Part shown: positions 8,527 through 17,145 of the stretch, piece after piece
Position numbering within the stretch: position 1 is the stretch's first letter
How the letters are laid out: each line of letters starts with the position of its first letter
Virus record (IMG/VR): IMGVR_UViG_3300027787_000002
Coordinates: 1-53,200 of that record
Reading direction: 5' to 3' (one strand)
DNA: 53,200 nt
Origin: a virus
Lineage: Duplodnaviria; Caudoviricetes
Position numbers and translations under genes: made by a program
The notes under the pieces: generated by a model
Databases searched by the model: none
Told to the model about the DNA's origin: nothing
Seen by the model: only the letters and a program-made list of their open reading frames with translations

Positions 8527-10101
8527 ATGACCGAAGGGGAGAAGTTCCAGCTCAAGAAGTTCCAGGTCGAAGACGTTATCAGGATCGCCAAGGCAGGTAA
8601 CGGTGCTATCGGTTCGGAGATGGGTACGGGGAAGACCCACGTAGCGATCGAGCTGGACAACATCTGGTACAGGACTGCTAAGGTCAAGCTCCCGACACTG
8701 GTGATCTGTCCCATCAACGTCTTCTCGTCCTGGGTAAGTAAGTACAAGTGGCAGTCACCTGAGACAGACGTGTTCGTGATCGACCGTAAGAACCGTACGG
8801 CATTCATTCAGGCCATCAAGGAGGGTAAGGCCGATGTCTACATTATGCATTGGGACGCACTCAGGCTTCTTCCAGAGCTCGCCAAGATCAAGTTCAATAC
8901 CGTCATCGCGGATGAGGCTCATCGTGCCTCGAATCGTAAAGCGCAGGCGACCCAGGCACTCAAACGTATCCCAGCCGTACATAAGCTGGCTATGTCTGGC
9001 ACTCTTAGTGGCGATCAGCCTCAAAATCTCTGGTCGATACTAAACTGGCTCTGGCCTAAGGTTTACAGGTCCTTCTGGAGGTTCGACAAGCAGTACGTCG
9101 TCCGCAAGGTAGACCCTAGGGGCTACACGACAGTAGTCGGTGTACAGAACGCACAGTCCCTAAAGAAGGAGATGAGCCCATGGTTCGTTCGTCACCTGAA
9201 GAAGGAGAAGTGTTGTCCTCACCATCCCGAAGGAGTAATGTCCTGGCTCCCCGACAAGACGTACGATCGAGTCTGGGTAGAACTCTCAACAGAGCAGCGC
9301 AGGATCTACAAGCAGATGAAGGACCAGATGGTAGCTTGGGTGAACGAGCACGAATCGTCACCGCTAGTTGCTTCAGTTGCCGTTGCTCAACTAACTCGGC
9401 TGAGTCAAATTGCACTCGCTACACCAGAGATCCGTACGGAGACCAAGCGCAGGAGGGTTAAGCGCTGGGCAGATGCTACAGGCTCATTGATCAAACCAGA
9501 GATTAGGGCTGACAGCGACGGCAAGCATCGAGCATACTACCCTCCAGGCTCTAAGCAGATTCAGGTACTAGAGCCATACCAGGCTCAGGTAGTCTACCTC
9601 AAGCTGCCTAGCTCCAAGTTGGAAGCCGTACTTGAGATCCTGAAAGAGCACCCCGAGAAGAAGTTCGTCCTGTGGTCAGCTTCGAAGAAGATGTGCTACC
9701 TGATGCAACAGGCTCTCCTGGAGCACAAGATCAAGTCTCACGTCCTAAGCGGAGATACACCACAGGGACAGCGTGACAACATGTTGGCGAACTGGCAGCA
9801 CGATGACTACCAGGCGTTCATTGGTGTCATCTCTGCAGCTGGCGAAGGCATCGATGGACTACAGAACACGACCGATACGGCTATCTTCCTAGATCGTGAC
9901 TGGTCAACGAAGGCGAACAAGCAGGCCGAAGATCGGTTGCACCGACCAGGGCAAGTGAATAACGTCAACACCATCGACATCATGGCCAAGGATACTATTG
10001 ACCTAGGTCGGCATACACGTCTAGCCGAGAAGTGGGAATGGATCAAGGCCATCTTGGGCGACAAGGTGAACCAGGAGACAGGGGAGATGAAGGCAGCATG
10101 A
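8527..10101 (+). CDS. SNF2-like (SF2) DNA helicase
   Basis: Motifs EMGTGKT, DEAH, SGT, QAEDRLHRPGQ. Confidence 0.92.
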   Translation: MTEGEKFQLKKFQVEDVIRIAKAGNGAIGSEMGTGKTHVAIELDNIWYRTAKVKLPTLVICPINVFSSWVSKYKWQSPETDVFVIDRKNRTAFIQAIKEGKADVYIMHWDALRLLPELAKIKFNTVIADEAHRASNRKAQATQALKRIPAVHKLAMSGTLSGDQPQNLWSILNWLWPKVYRSFWRFDKQYVVRKVDPRGYTTVVGVQNAQSLKKEMSPWFVRHLKKEKCCPHHPEGVMSWLPDKTYDRVWVELSTEQRRIYKQMKDQMVAWVNEHESSPLVASVAVAQLTRLSQIALATPEIRTETKRRRVKRWADATGSLIKPEIRADSDGKHRAYYPPGSKQIQVLEPYQAQVVYLKLPSSKLEAVLEILKEHPEKKFVLWSASKKMCYLMQQALLEHKIKSHVLSGDTPQGQRDNMLANWQHDDYQAFIGVISAAGEGIDGLQNTTDTAIFLDRDWSTKANKQAEDRLHRPGQVNNVNTIDIMAKDTIDLGRHTRLAEKWEWIKAILGDKVNQETGEMKAA

Positions 10102-10337
10102 GTGAAGAGCCTGAGGGTGCCACTACAGAGTTCGGTAGCTGCATTGCCGATCACGACTACTTCGTCATCATTGGTGTAACAGACGTCGACAAGATGAGGG
10201 ACGAAGCCTTTCGACGTCAGCAGGGCGACTACTACGCCACGACGGAGTCGTCCGTACTACACCATCATCGGTTCGACGAGGAGTGCGACAAGGACCCGAG
10301 CAAGCACGAGGTCTGGTTAAGGAAGGACCAGTTGTAA
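10098..10337 (+). CDS. Hypothetical protein
   Basis: ATGA overlap with helicase stop. Confidence 0.55.
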   Translation: MSEEPEGATTEFGSCIADHDYFVIIGVTDVDKMRDEAFRRQQGDYYATTESSVLHHHRFDEECDKDPSKHEVWLRKDQL

Positions 10338-10903
10338 TGCCTACAAGCGGTAACTTCGGATACGATGGCAACAATGGTGGAGGAGAACCAGACTGGGATC
10401 TGTATGGACCTAACGATACAGCCAAGCCGGAACCGACTCAGCATGCACTAGAACGTCAGAGAGTCATCTGGCCAAGTCAGGACTACCTGTTCGCACCTTC
10501 GTTCAAGGTACCTGATCGACTGAAAGGTGCTCCCCCGGGACACTACGTAGTGGAGGCAAACGAAGTGATCAGTGCAGATACTGCAGAGAGTCTGGAACGT
10601 CAGGCAGAGCGACTGCTGGAACGAGCCAGAGAGGTAAGAAGGAAGTACGACCGTTTCGGAGAGGACGACTTCCCGGATGGTGCAATCATTGTCTTCGACA
10701 AGGTGTTCCATGAGTACAACGGACGCCAGCTACACAAACCGTCGAAGCCGTACCACTACGCTGCCATCAAGATGAACGGTCTGTGGTCTACTACGGGTCC
10801 GAGGTCGCCGAAGAGCTTCACCTGGACCGAACTGATCCGGTGGATGGGTGACGGCGTTCAGGAGATCTACTACGTCTCAGAGATGGAGAAGTTCGTCGGA
10901 TGA
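10337..10903 (+). CDS. Hypothetical protein
   Basis: TAATG overlap; 188 aa. Confidence 0.65.
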   Translation: MPTSGNFGYDGNNGGGEPDWDLYGPNDTAKPEPTQHALERQRVIWPSQDYLFAPSFKVPDRLKGAPPGHYVVEANEVISADTAESLERQAERLLERAREVRRKYDRFGEDDFPDGAIIVFDKVFHEYNGRQLHKPSKPYHYAAIKMNGLWSTTGPRSPKSFTWTELIRWMGDGVQEIYYVSEMEKFVG

Positions 10904-11048
10904 TTCGAATCGTGAGATGGACTTGGACTAACTGGACCTTCGGAGTCTGGTATGCCAAGTTTGGTAGTCGTCGCCACTTCGGTATCGACATCGGACCGTT
11001 TGAGGTCGTCTGGAAAGACAAGTACGTACCCAACAGGAGGATCCGCTA

Positions 11049-11456
11049 ATGGTTGAGTACCTAGAGAGTGGTGAACCGATACCGGATGGTCGTGTCACTA
11101 TCGAGATCGGTCTGGAGCTAGCGTACGTTTGGGATCCGGGCAACCGTCACTTCATGAACTATACACCACCTCACGAGCCGAAGCAGTCATATGTCTTCTG
11201 GTTCAAGGACCTCGATAGGTTACAGGAGACACAGAACTACTTCTGCATCATCTTCCCCAACGACAAGGGTGACAGAGCCAACACTCGTATGCAGATTCCT
11301 TGGGGGCAGATCCTATCGATCCAGCTCAACAAGAACTCCGACGAGTTCGTAGCAGCTGCTAGAGCCTACCACGGCAACCTACCCGAAGAGTTCTTCGACA
11401 CACGTTACGGAGGTACCTGCATTGCCTGTGCGAGTCGTAGTAGAGTTCGAGGATGA
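11049..11456 (+). CDS. Hypothetical protein
   Basis: AGGAGG RBS. Confidence 0.6.
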   Translation: MVEYLESGEPIPDGRVTIEIGLELAYVWDPGNRHFMNYTPPHEPKQSYVFWFKDLDRLQETQNYFCIIFPNDKGDRANTRMQIPWGQILSIQLNKNSDEFVAAARAYHGNLPEEFFDTRYGGTCIACASRSRVRG

Positions 11457-11829
11457 CAAAGATGCTAAGCAGTTCGTCAGAGACGCCCTGAACACGTATG
11501 AGCTCGACCACTACAGGTTCAAGGTTACGGCTGTATACAAGAAGCCTACCCTGTTCTGTAATCCGGACGACGGTCACCGTGGACGTAAGAGAACCACAGG
11601 GTGGACTCGCGGACGTAAGTGGGGTTGGTGGGTCTGTGGTGTTTGTGGTAGGCCTACGAAGCGTTGGGCCACTGGAGACATCTGGCAATACTCCATGGGT
11701 TACAATCTGTTACCACCATCAGTCTCATCACTCGAACGAGGTACAAGGAGTACACACGAATGGACAGAAGAAGAGTTGGGTTTGGAGTCTTGCGACTTGC
11801 CGGAGGACTCGTCCTCATCTTCGGACTAG
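11422..11829 (+). CDS. Hypothetical Zn-binding protein
   Basis: WWVCGVCGRP motif; start uncertain. Confidence 0.55.
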   Translation: MPVRVVVEFEDDKDAKQFVRDALNTYELDHYRFKVTAVYKKPTLFCNPDDGHRGRKRTTGWTRGRKWGWWVCGVCGRPTKRWATGDIWQYSMGYNLLPPSVSSLERGTRSTHEWTEEELGLESCDLPEDSSSSSD

Positions 11830-11964
11830 AGACCTTGGTGTACATGTACGTCACTCAGGGTCTCTGGTACACCATCTTCGCCTGCGTTATGGGGGGCATT
11901 TATGGATGGAACATCGACAACCTATATCGAGGTCGCGTCATCAAGAACCTCTGGAGGAGAAGCA

Positions 11965-12405
11965 ATGGGTAAGGTAGTTACGATCGAGTTCGACACGGAA
12001 GAGTCAGCGCAGAACTTCTACGACGCTTACAAGGACTTACCTGATAGGCTGCCAGCCTTCAAGAGCATCGAGATGGACTGGCATACCCCACACGAGCTGT
12101 ACGAGCACCGCTACACCCTCTTCAGGGCTCTGGTGTTCAGTAGCCACAGGTTGCGGAGCTGGATGTCGAAGCAGCACCACGACGGAACGATGTTCAAGGA
12201 CTCATTCATCGTGGGGATTAACCTTCCAAAGGGTCCTATCACCTACCACCTCCCCATGAGTTGGTGGCCTCACTTCGTAGGCATTACGGAGTACGAGAAG
12301 GCGCCTGAATGGGATGGCTGTACTCCTGAGCAGGGCCTCGTTCGACTCAATGAGACCATCGACTCCATCCAAAGATTCGATGCCTTACAGAGGGAGAGGT
12401 CATGA
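11965..12405 (+). CDS. Conserved phage protein (APEWDG motif)
   Basis: ELYEHR...SKQHHDG...ITYH...APEWDG, a pattern I recognise from phage hypotheticals. Confidence 0.6.
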   Translation: MGKVVTIEFDTEESAQNFYDAYKDLPDRLPAFKSIEMDWHTPHELYEHRYTLFRALVFSSHRLRSWMSKQHHDGTMFKDSFIVGINLPKGPITYHLPMSWWPHFVGITEYEKAPEWDGCTPEQGLVRLNETIDSIQRFDALQRERS

Positions 12406-12507
12406 AGGAGGTCTTACTGAACCCCTTCATTCTCTTCGTCCTGTTCTGTCTGTCGGTAGCGTTAGCCGGTAGCAGATTCGATTGACGATTGATCGTAGAG
12501 GAAAGAG

Positions 12508-12537
12508 TTGACTTCCCAAGGGTTTCCACTATATAAT
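12508..12537 (+). promoter_or_regulatory. Housekeeping-sigma promoter
   Basis: TTGACT-18 nt-TATAAT. Confidence 0.75.
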
Positions 12538-12561
12538 TATAGTATAAGCCCGCAGAGAGGG

Positions 12562-13797
12562 ATGCAGGTGGATCAAGACATCAACTGGTATATAGATCGT
12601 CGACTCGTTCATGAGTTCCACACGTCTGAGCGGAAGTCGTTTCGAGGGTGTCGACGTCGGTGGGACTGGATCTTCCGAGAGGGATTCTACCCCAAGCTGA
12701 CTCCCAAGCAGCTGGACTTCGGGACTGCCTACCACAAGGCTGAAGAGGTCTACTACGCACCTGAGACCTGGGATATGCCTCGAGAGGTAGTCCTTGAGCA
12801 GTCCATTCGAGCGTTCGTTGACAAGAACAATGAGCAGAGGAAGATCGCTCATGACGTTCTGATGTACAAGACTCCTGAAGAGGTCGATGCGGACTTCGAT
12901 GAGCGCAAGGCCCTCGGTATCGGAATGCTTAGGTACCAGCACGAGGTCATTAGTCCTAGAGAAGATCAGCACTGGCGACCTATCAGAGTCGAGATCCCCT
13001 TCATGGTACCCATCCCTCACCCTGACACAGGTGAGCAGATGTGGTGTAGGTGCGACGCCTGCTATAAGAAGACCACTGATTGGCATGGAAAGACTACCGA
13101 GAACTGGCCAGAAGGCGGATGGGCGGGTCTCCCAGTTGTCTACGCAGGTCGTCTTGACTGTTTGGGGGAGGACGACAACGGTGACCTCTGGATCATCGAC
13201 TGGAAGACCGCAGCTCGTATCCCAGACGACCATTCGTTCCTCGATCTGGATGACCAGGTAGGCTCTTACGTTTGGGCCCTGTGGTCTATTGGGATGAACG
13301 TGCGAGGGTTCATCTATCATGAACAGAAGAAGGGCTACCCCCTTCCTCCTCCTCGCAACAAGAACATCCGCCTAGGTCGTATGTACTCCGTCAAGGCCGA
13401 CATGGATACAGACTTCGATACGTATCTGAAGGCTGTCTCTGAGGGCGACACCAAAGCCTATACTGATGGACTGTATGATACGTACCTCAACTTCCTCAAG
13501 TCCGAAGGTCAGATCTTCTACCACAGGGCTCAGATTCACAAGACCGAAGAGGAGCTTCTGAACCTTCAGCGTGACTTGGGTAACGAAGTTCTCGACATGA
13601 TTGCGCCTGACTTGAGGATCTACCCCAACCCAAGTCGTTCAGGTTGGGGAGGCTGTAGTGGTTGTGCATTCAAGGAGCCCTGCACCGAGAAGACTCGTGG
13701 TGGAGACTATGAGTACGGGCTTGAGACAATGTTCGAAAGGCGCGAGGCTTACTACTTGAGGGAAGAGCCTAGCACAGATAGGAAGTCGCAACAATAG
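12562..13797 (+). CDS. Cas4/RecB-like PD-(D/E)XK exonuclease
   Basis: GCRRRW, FGTAYH, GRLD...IIDWKT, C-terminal CxxC-x5-C. Confidence 0.85.
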   Translation: MQVDQDINWYIDRRLVHEFHTSERKSFRGCRRRWDWIFREGFYPKLTPKQLDFGTAYHKAEEVYYAPETWDMPREVVLEQSIRAFVDKNNEQRKIAHDVLMYKTPEEVDADFDERKALGIGMLRYQHEVISPREDQHWRPIRVEIPFMVPIPHPDTGEQMWCRCDACYKKTTDWHGKTTENWPEGGWAGLPVVYAGRLDCLGEDDNGDLWIIDWKTAARIPDDHSFLDLDDQVGSYVWALWSIGMNVRGFIYHEQKKGYPLPPPRNKNIRLGRMYSVKADMDTDFDTYLKAVSEGDTKAYTDGLYDTYLNFLKSEGQIFYHRAQIHKTEEELLNLQRDLGNEVLDMIAPDLRIYPNPSRSGWGGCSGCAFKEPCTEKTRGGDYEYGLETMFERREAYYLREEPSTDRKSQQ

Positions 13798-13800
13798 TAA

Positions 13801-13845
13801 GGCTGACGGACGTGGGATAATGGGATGTCGGCACGTCCGTCAGTC
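13801..13845 (+). terminator. 14-bp stem-loop after exonuclease
   Basis: GGCTGACGGACGTG/CACGTCCGTCAGTC. Confidence 0.55.
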
Positions 13846-14054
13846 TATCCCATTCAACAACAGGAGGAAGCGATGCTAAGAGCTATTTGGGTCATCACCA
13901 GGGCAGTAGTGCCTAGGCGAGGAATCTACGAAGACGGTCAGTCACCTTGTGACGGGACCAATGTCGATAGTGGTCGGTGCAGTCGAGGTAACCCTCGAGT
14001 GTCTCCTCGTCAGAACCCTATCGACGATAACTGTAACGCTCCATCACCTAACAG

Positions 14055-14282
14055 GTGAGACTGGTAACGCTGCTTCTGATTAGGTTATATCAGAAGTGGT
14101 ACACTAAGTACACGCCTAGGTGTTGGCAGACACCCTCCTGCAGCCAGTACGGATACGAAGCCATTCGGGACTATGGCTTCCGAAAGGGAATCGTGATGGC
14201 TGCAAACAGGATCGAAAGCTGTACACCAGAGAACAAGGAGCTCCAATGCCAGACGTCTCTCGAGAAGAGTTCGACGCACTAG
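14055..14282 (+). CDS. yidD: YidD-family (membrane protein insertion efficiency factor) protein
   Basis: LIRLYQ...C-x-x-x-PSCSQY..EAI...G..KG.....RI..C-x-P matches the YidD signature. Confidence 0.8.
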   Translation: MRLVTLLLIRLYQKWYTKYTPRCWQTPSCSQYGYEAIRDYGFRKGIVMAANRIESCTPENKELQCQTSLEKSSTH

Positions 14283-15526
14283 TCCAACGCGTTACAAAGC
14301 TGGAAGGAATACAGCCTCAGCCTACAGGTCTCCAGGTCAAGGCGACCCCTCAGATTGGGGCTGTCAAGGTAGACTGGGTTCCTACCATCGGCAAGCCTGT
14401 TCTGAAGTTCGAAGCCGGTCGAGACGGTGTCGATACCAGCGGCTCAGGAGTCTGGACTGGTACCTACGTAGCTTCAGCTAGGACAACCACGTTCGACAAG
14501 CTCAAGAATCAGGCCTACAAGTTCACAGTCAAGGCCTTCTACACAGACGGGACTACTGAGCAGCAGATCGTCCGGGCTATCCCTGCGCCTGTGATCGTCG
14601 TTCCACCTACAACTGATACCAAGGGTATCGCTTGGCTGTCGGGTGTCTCGGATACCTGGGACCGAGCTCAGGGCTGGGAGAAGTTCCGTGGAACACCTCT
14701 CACCTACATGAGGGTATGGTCTGACTCCGATCGCTTCAACATGTTGAACCTTCCATCGATGGCCGATGTCACTCGTGGGGGTTACAAGGGTACTCTCGAC
14801 CTTGCCTGTGGAGGCCCTAGCGACTGGGGCGACGCAGCTAGTGGAGGGTTCGACGGTGTCTGGCGTCAGCAGTGTCGACAGGCCTACACCTTGTGGGGAG
14901 GCTTGCGAGAGCTTCATCTGTCACCCGCACACGAGTTCAACAACGGTTACGAGTGGAAGGTCGATGCGAGCGAGCAGGCTAACTTCCGTAAAGGGTGGGC
15001 ACGCTTCTACAGCATTGTGCAGGAAGAGCTAGTAGAGCGAGGCAAGAACGCTAAGGTCTTCCTGTCGTGTAACTCCGACACTAACTCTGGTTGGCGGATC
15101 GACGGAGGCCTTCCTGATCCAGAGTACATCGATGGCATAGGTGTCGACTTCTACAGCATGTGGCCTCCCCTCGACAGTCAGGCAGCGTGGGACGCCAACC
15201 TGGATACCTGGAAGGGAGGGACGCCAAGGGGCATCAGGGCTTGGAAAGACTTCGCCAAGCAGATCAAGAAGCCTATCTCATTCCCGGAGTGGGGCCTCAA
15301 TCCTAGTCAGCCAAACAACCCCACGGACAACCCCTTCTTCATCCGTGCGATGTACGACTTCTTCCGCTCCATCGCTCCCGTGGATGCATACAAGCCTGGC
15401 CCCGGTGAGCTCGCCGGTGAAGCGTACTTCAACGCCTGGACGGATCACGGCCAGTTCCTTCCACAGTCTTCTAGCGCACCCAAATCTCGTGACGCGTATC
15501 TAGCGCTCAAGTGGGGTGTAGTCTAG
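14246..15526 (+). CDS. FN3-like domain plus GH26-type glycoside hydrolase
   Basis: AAGGAG RBS; HEFNN acid/base motif, IDGIGVDFY, KPISFPEWG nucleophile motif; N-terminal V-x-W...Y-x-F-x-V-x-A. Confidence 0.75.
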   Translation: MPDVSREEFDALVQRVTKLEGIQPQPTGLQVKATPQIGAVKVDWVPTIGKPVLKFEAGRDGVDTSGSGVWTGTYVASARTTTFDKLKNQAYKFTVKAFYTDGTTEQQIVRAIPAPVIVVPPTTDTKGIAWLSGVSDTWDRAQGWEKFRGTPLTYMRVWSDSDRFNMLNLPSMADVTRGGYKGTLDLACGGPSDWGDAASGGFDGVWRQQCRQAYTLWGGLRELHLSPAHEFNNGYEWKVDASEQANFRKGWARFYSIVQEELVERGKNAKVFLSCNSDTNSGWRIDGGLPDPEYIDGIGVDFYSMWPPLDSQAAWDANLDTWKGGTPRGIRAWKDFAKQIKKPISFPEWGLNPSQPNNPTDNPFFIRAMYDFFRSIAPVDAYKPGPGELAGEAYFNAWTDHGQFLPQSSSAPKSRDAYLALKWGVV

Positions 15527-15534
15527 AATGGTTA

Positions 15535-15627
15535 GCCCCTGACCACCCTACCATAGGTGGACAAGGAGATACCCAGCACATCCTTAACGGGAGCTGAGGA
15601 AGAGGCGGTTCGATTCCGTCCGGGGCA
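15535..15627 (+). ncRNA. tRNA-like structured RNA (non-canonical)
   Basis: GCCCC/GGGGC terminal stem and T-arm GGCGG-TTCGATT-CCGTC; no canonical D or anticodon arm. Confidence 0.5.
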
Positions 15628-15650
15628 CGTCAATAGAAGGAGGTGTTACA

Positions 15651-16445
15651 TTGACAACAGTTACAAAGCTCACTCCGGGTAGGACTATCGGAGGCGCTAA
15701 GATTCAGAAGGTAGGGAACAAGAACCCTTCCCTGAACATTCTGATCTATGGTGACTCCGGTACAGGCAAGACGACTCTTGCAGGCTCCGCTGATGATGTA
15801 CCAGAGATGCGGAGTGTCCTTCTGATAGACCTCGAGGGTGGAACGGAGAGCCTTAGGAACTCGTATCCTGAAGTAGACACCGTTCGCGTTCAGTCTTGGA
15901 AGGAAATGCAGGAGGTGTACGATGCACTCCACAGAGGCGACCATGGCTACAACACAGTCATCGTTGACTCCCTGACGGAGTGTCAAAAGTTCAACATGTA
16001 TACTATTATGACCGAGCTCGTCAATCGGAAGACTGATGAGGGAAAGGATGTAGACCCTGACATTCCATCGGTACGTGAGTGGGGAAAGAACATCGAGCAG
16101 ATGCGCAAGTTCGTTCGCGCTATGCGAGACCTACCCATTCACACCATCTTCACTGCACTCGAGCAGCAGAAGAAGGATGACAAAACAGGTGCAGTTCAGG
16201 TCAAGCCATCCTTGTCTGGCAAGCTAGCAGATGAGGTGGCAGCCTTTCTCGACGTGGTGATGTACTACTACGTCAAGGAGGTTCCGACCGAAGGTGGTGA
16301 GTCGGAGATCAAGAGAGTCCTTCTCACCCGCAGGACGGCTAAGCACACTGCAAAGGATCGCAGTGGTAAGCTGCCGACGATCATCGTAGATCCGACTATG
16401 AAGTCGCTCTACAACATGATGTACAAACCACCAGTGACTCAGTGA
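15651..16445 (+). CDS. AAA ATPase (Sak4-like recombination protein)
   Basis: GDSGTGKT, IDLEGG, VIVDSLT, AKDR; sits between exonuclease and SSB. Confidence 0.85.
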   Translation: MTTVTKLTPGRTIGGAKIQKVGNKNPSLNILIYGDSGTGKTTLAGSADDVPEMRSVLLIDLEGGTESLRNSYPEVDTVRVQSWKEMQEVYDALHRGDHGYNTVIVDSLTECQKFNMYTIMTELVNRKTDEGKDVDPDIPSVREWGKNIEQMRKFVRAMRDLPIHTIFTALEQQKKDDKTGAVQVKPSLSGKLADEVAAFLDVVMYYYVKEVPTEGGESEIKRVLLTRRTAKHTAKDRSGKLPTIIVDPTMKSLYNMMYKPPVTQ

Positions 16446-16459
16446 AGAGAGACTCAGAC

Positions 16460-17035
16460 ATGGCGCGCGACGAAGAAATCACCATTACAGACGAAGATCT
16501 GCTCCCTGAAGGAACATCGTTCGAGCCCGACGAAGACGACGACTTCGACATCAACAACCTTCGGGTTAACTTCTCGGAGAAGGAGGCGCAGTCCGAAGCT
16601 CGAGACTTCGACCCTCTTCCTTCCGGTAAGTACCACGTCTCCATTACGGAGGTGACGGTCGAAAGGTCGCAGTCCAAGAAGAACCCGGGCAAGCCGTACT
16701 ACGCCTTCCAGGTCACCGTGCAAGAGGGTAAGTACGAGAACCGGAAGCTGTACGGCAACTGCATGCTCTGGGCAGGCGCTGGCTACACGCTGGTCCAGAT
16801 CATGAAGGCGATGGGCAAGCCGCTCAACGGTAACGTTCCTACGCCTGACGAGCTCGAGGGCTACCACTTCGTCGTCAGCGTTGCCAACATCGTCGACACC
16901 TACAAGGTGGAGAAGGATGGCTGGACACCGTCTGACGGTCCGAAGCCTCGCAAGAACGAGATCAAGTCCTGGTTCAAGTACGACTCCCGTGACGTGCAGC
17001 CAAAGGGTGTAGGCAGCGACAGCATGCTCCCGTAA
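16460..17035 (+). CDS. Putative single-stranded DNA-binding protein (DUF669-like)
   Basis: FDPLPSGKYHVSITEV...GKPY...GKYENRKL pattern and gene context. Confidence 0.7.
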   Translation: MARDEEITITDEDLLPEGTSFEPDEDDDFDINNLRVNFSEKEAQSEARDFDPLPSGKYHVSITEVTVERSQSKKNPGKPYYAFQVTVQEGKYENRKLYGNCMLWAGAGYTLVQIMKAMGKPLNGNVPTPDELEGYHFVVSVANIVDTYKVEKDGWTPSDGPKPRKNEIKSWFKYDSRDVQPKGVGSDSMLP

Positions 17036-17145
17036 CACAGCACCACAGGGAGGGCCGGGGCGTCTGCGGACGAGGTGAAGTAAGCCGGGAGCGGGAGCAA
17101 CGGTACCCCGCACATAATGCCTCTACACCTTAAGGGAGGTGATGT

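Noticed and set aside
12562-13797. CRISPR-Cas system suggested by the Cas4-like gene
   Set aside because: No repeat-spacer array or other cas genes seen; context fits a phage recombination exonuclease
15535-15627. Canonical tRNA or tmRNA
   Set aside because: No 7-nt anticodon loop or standard D-loop; too short for tmRNA and no tag ORF
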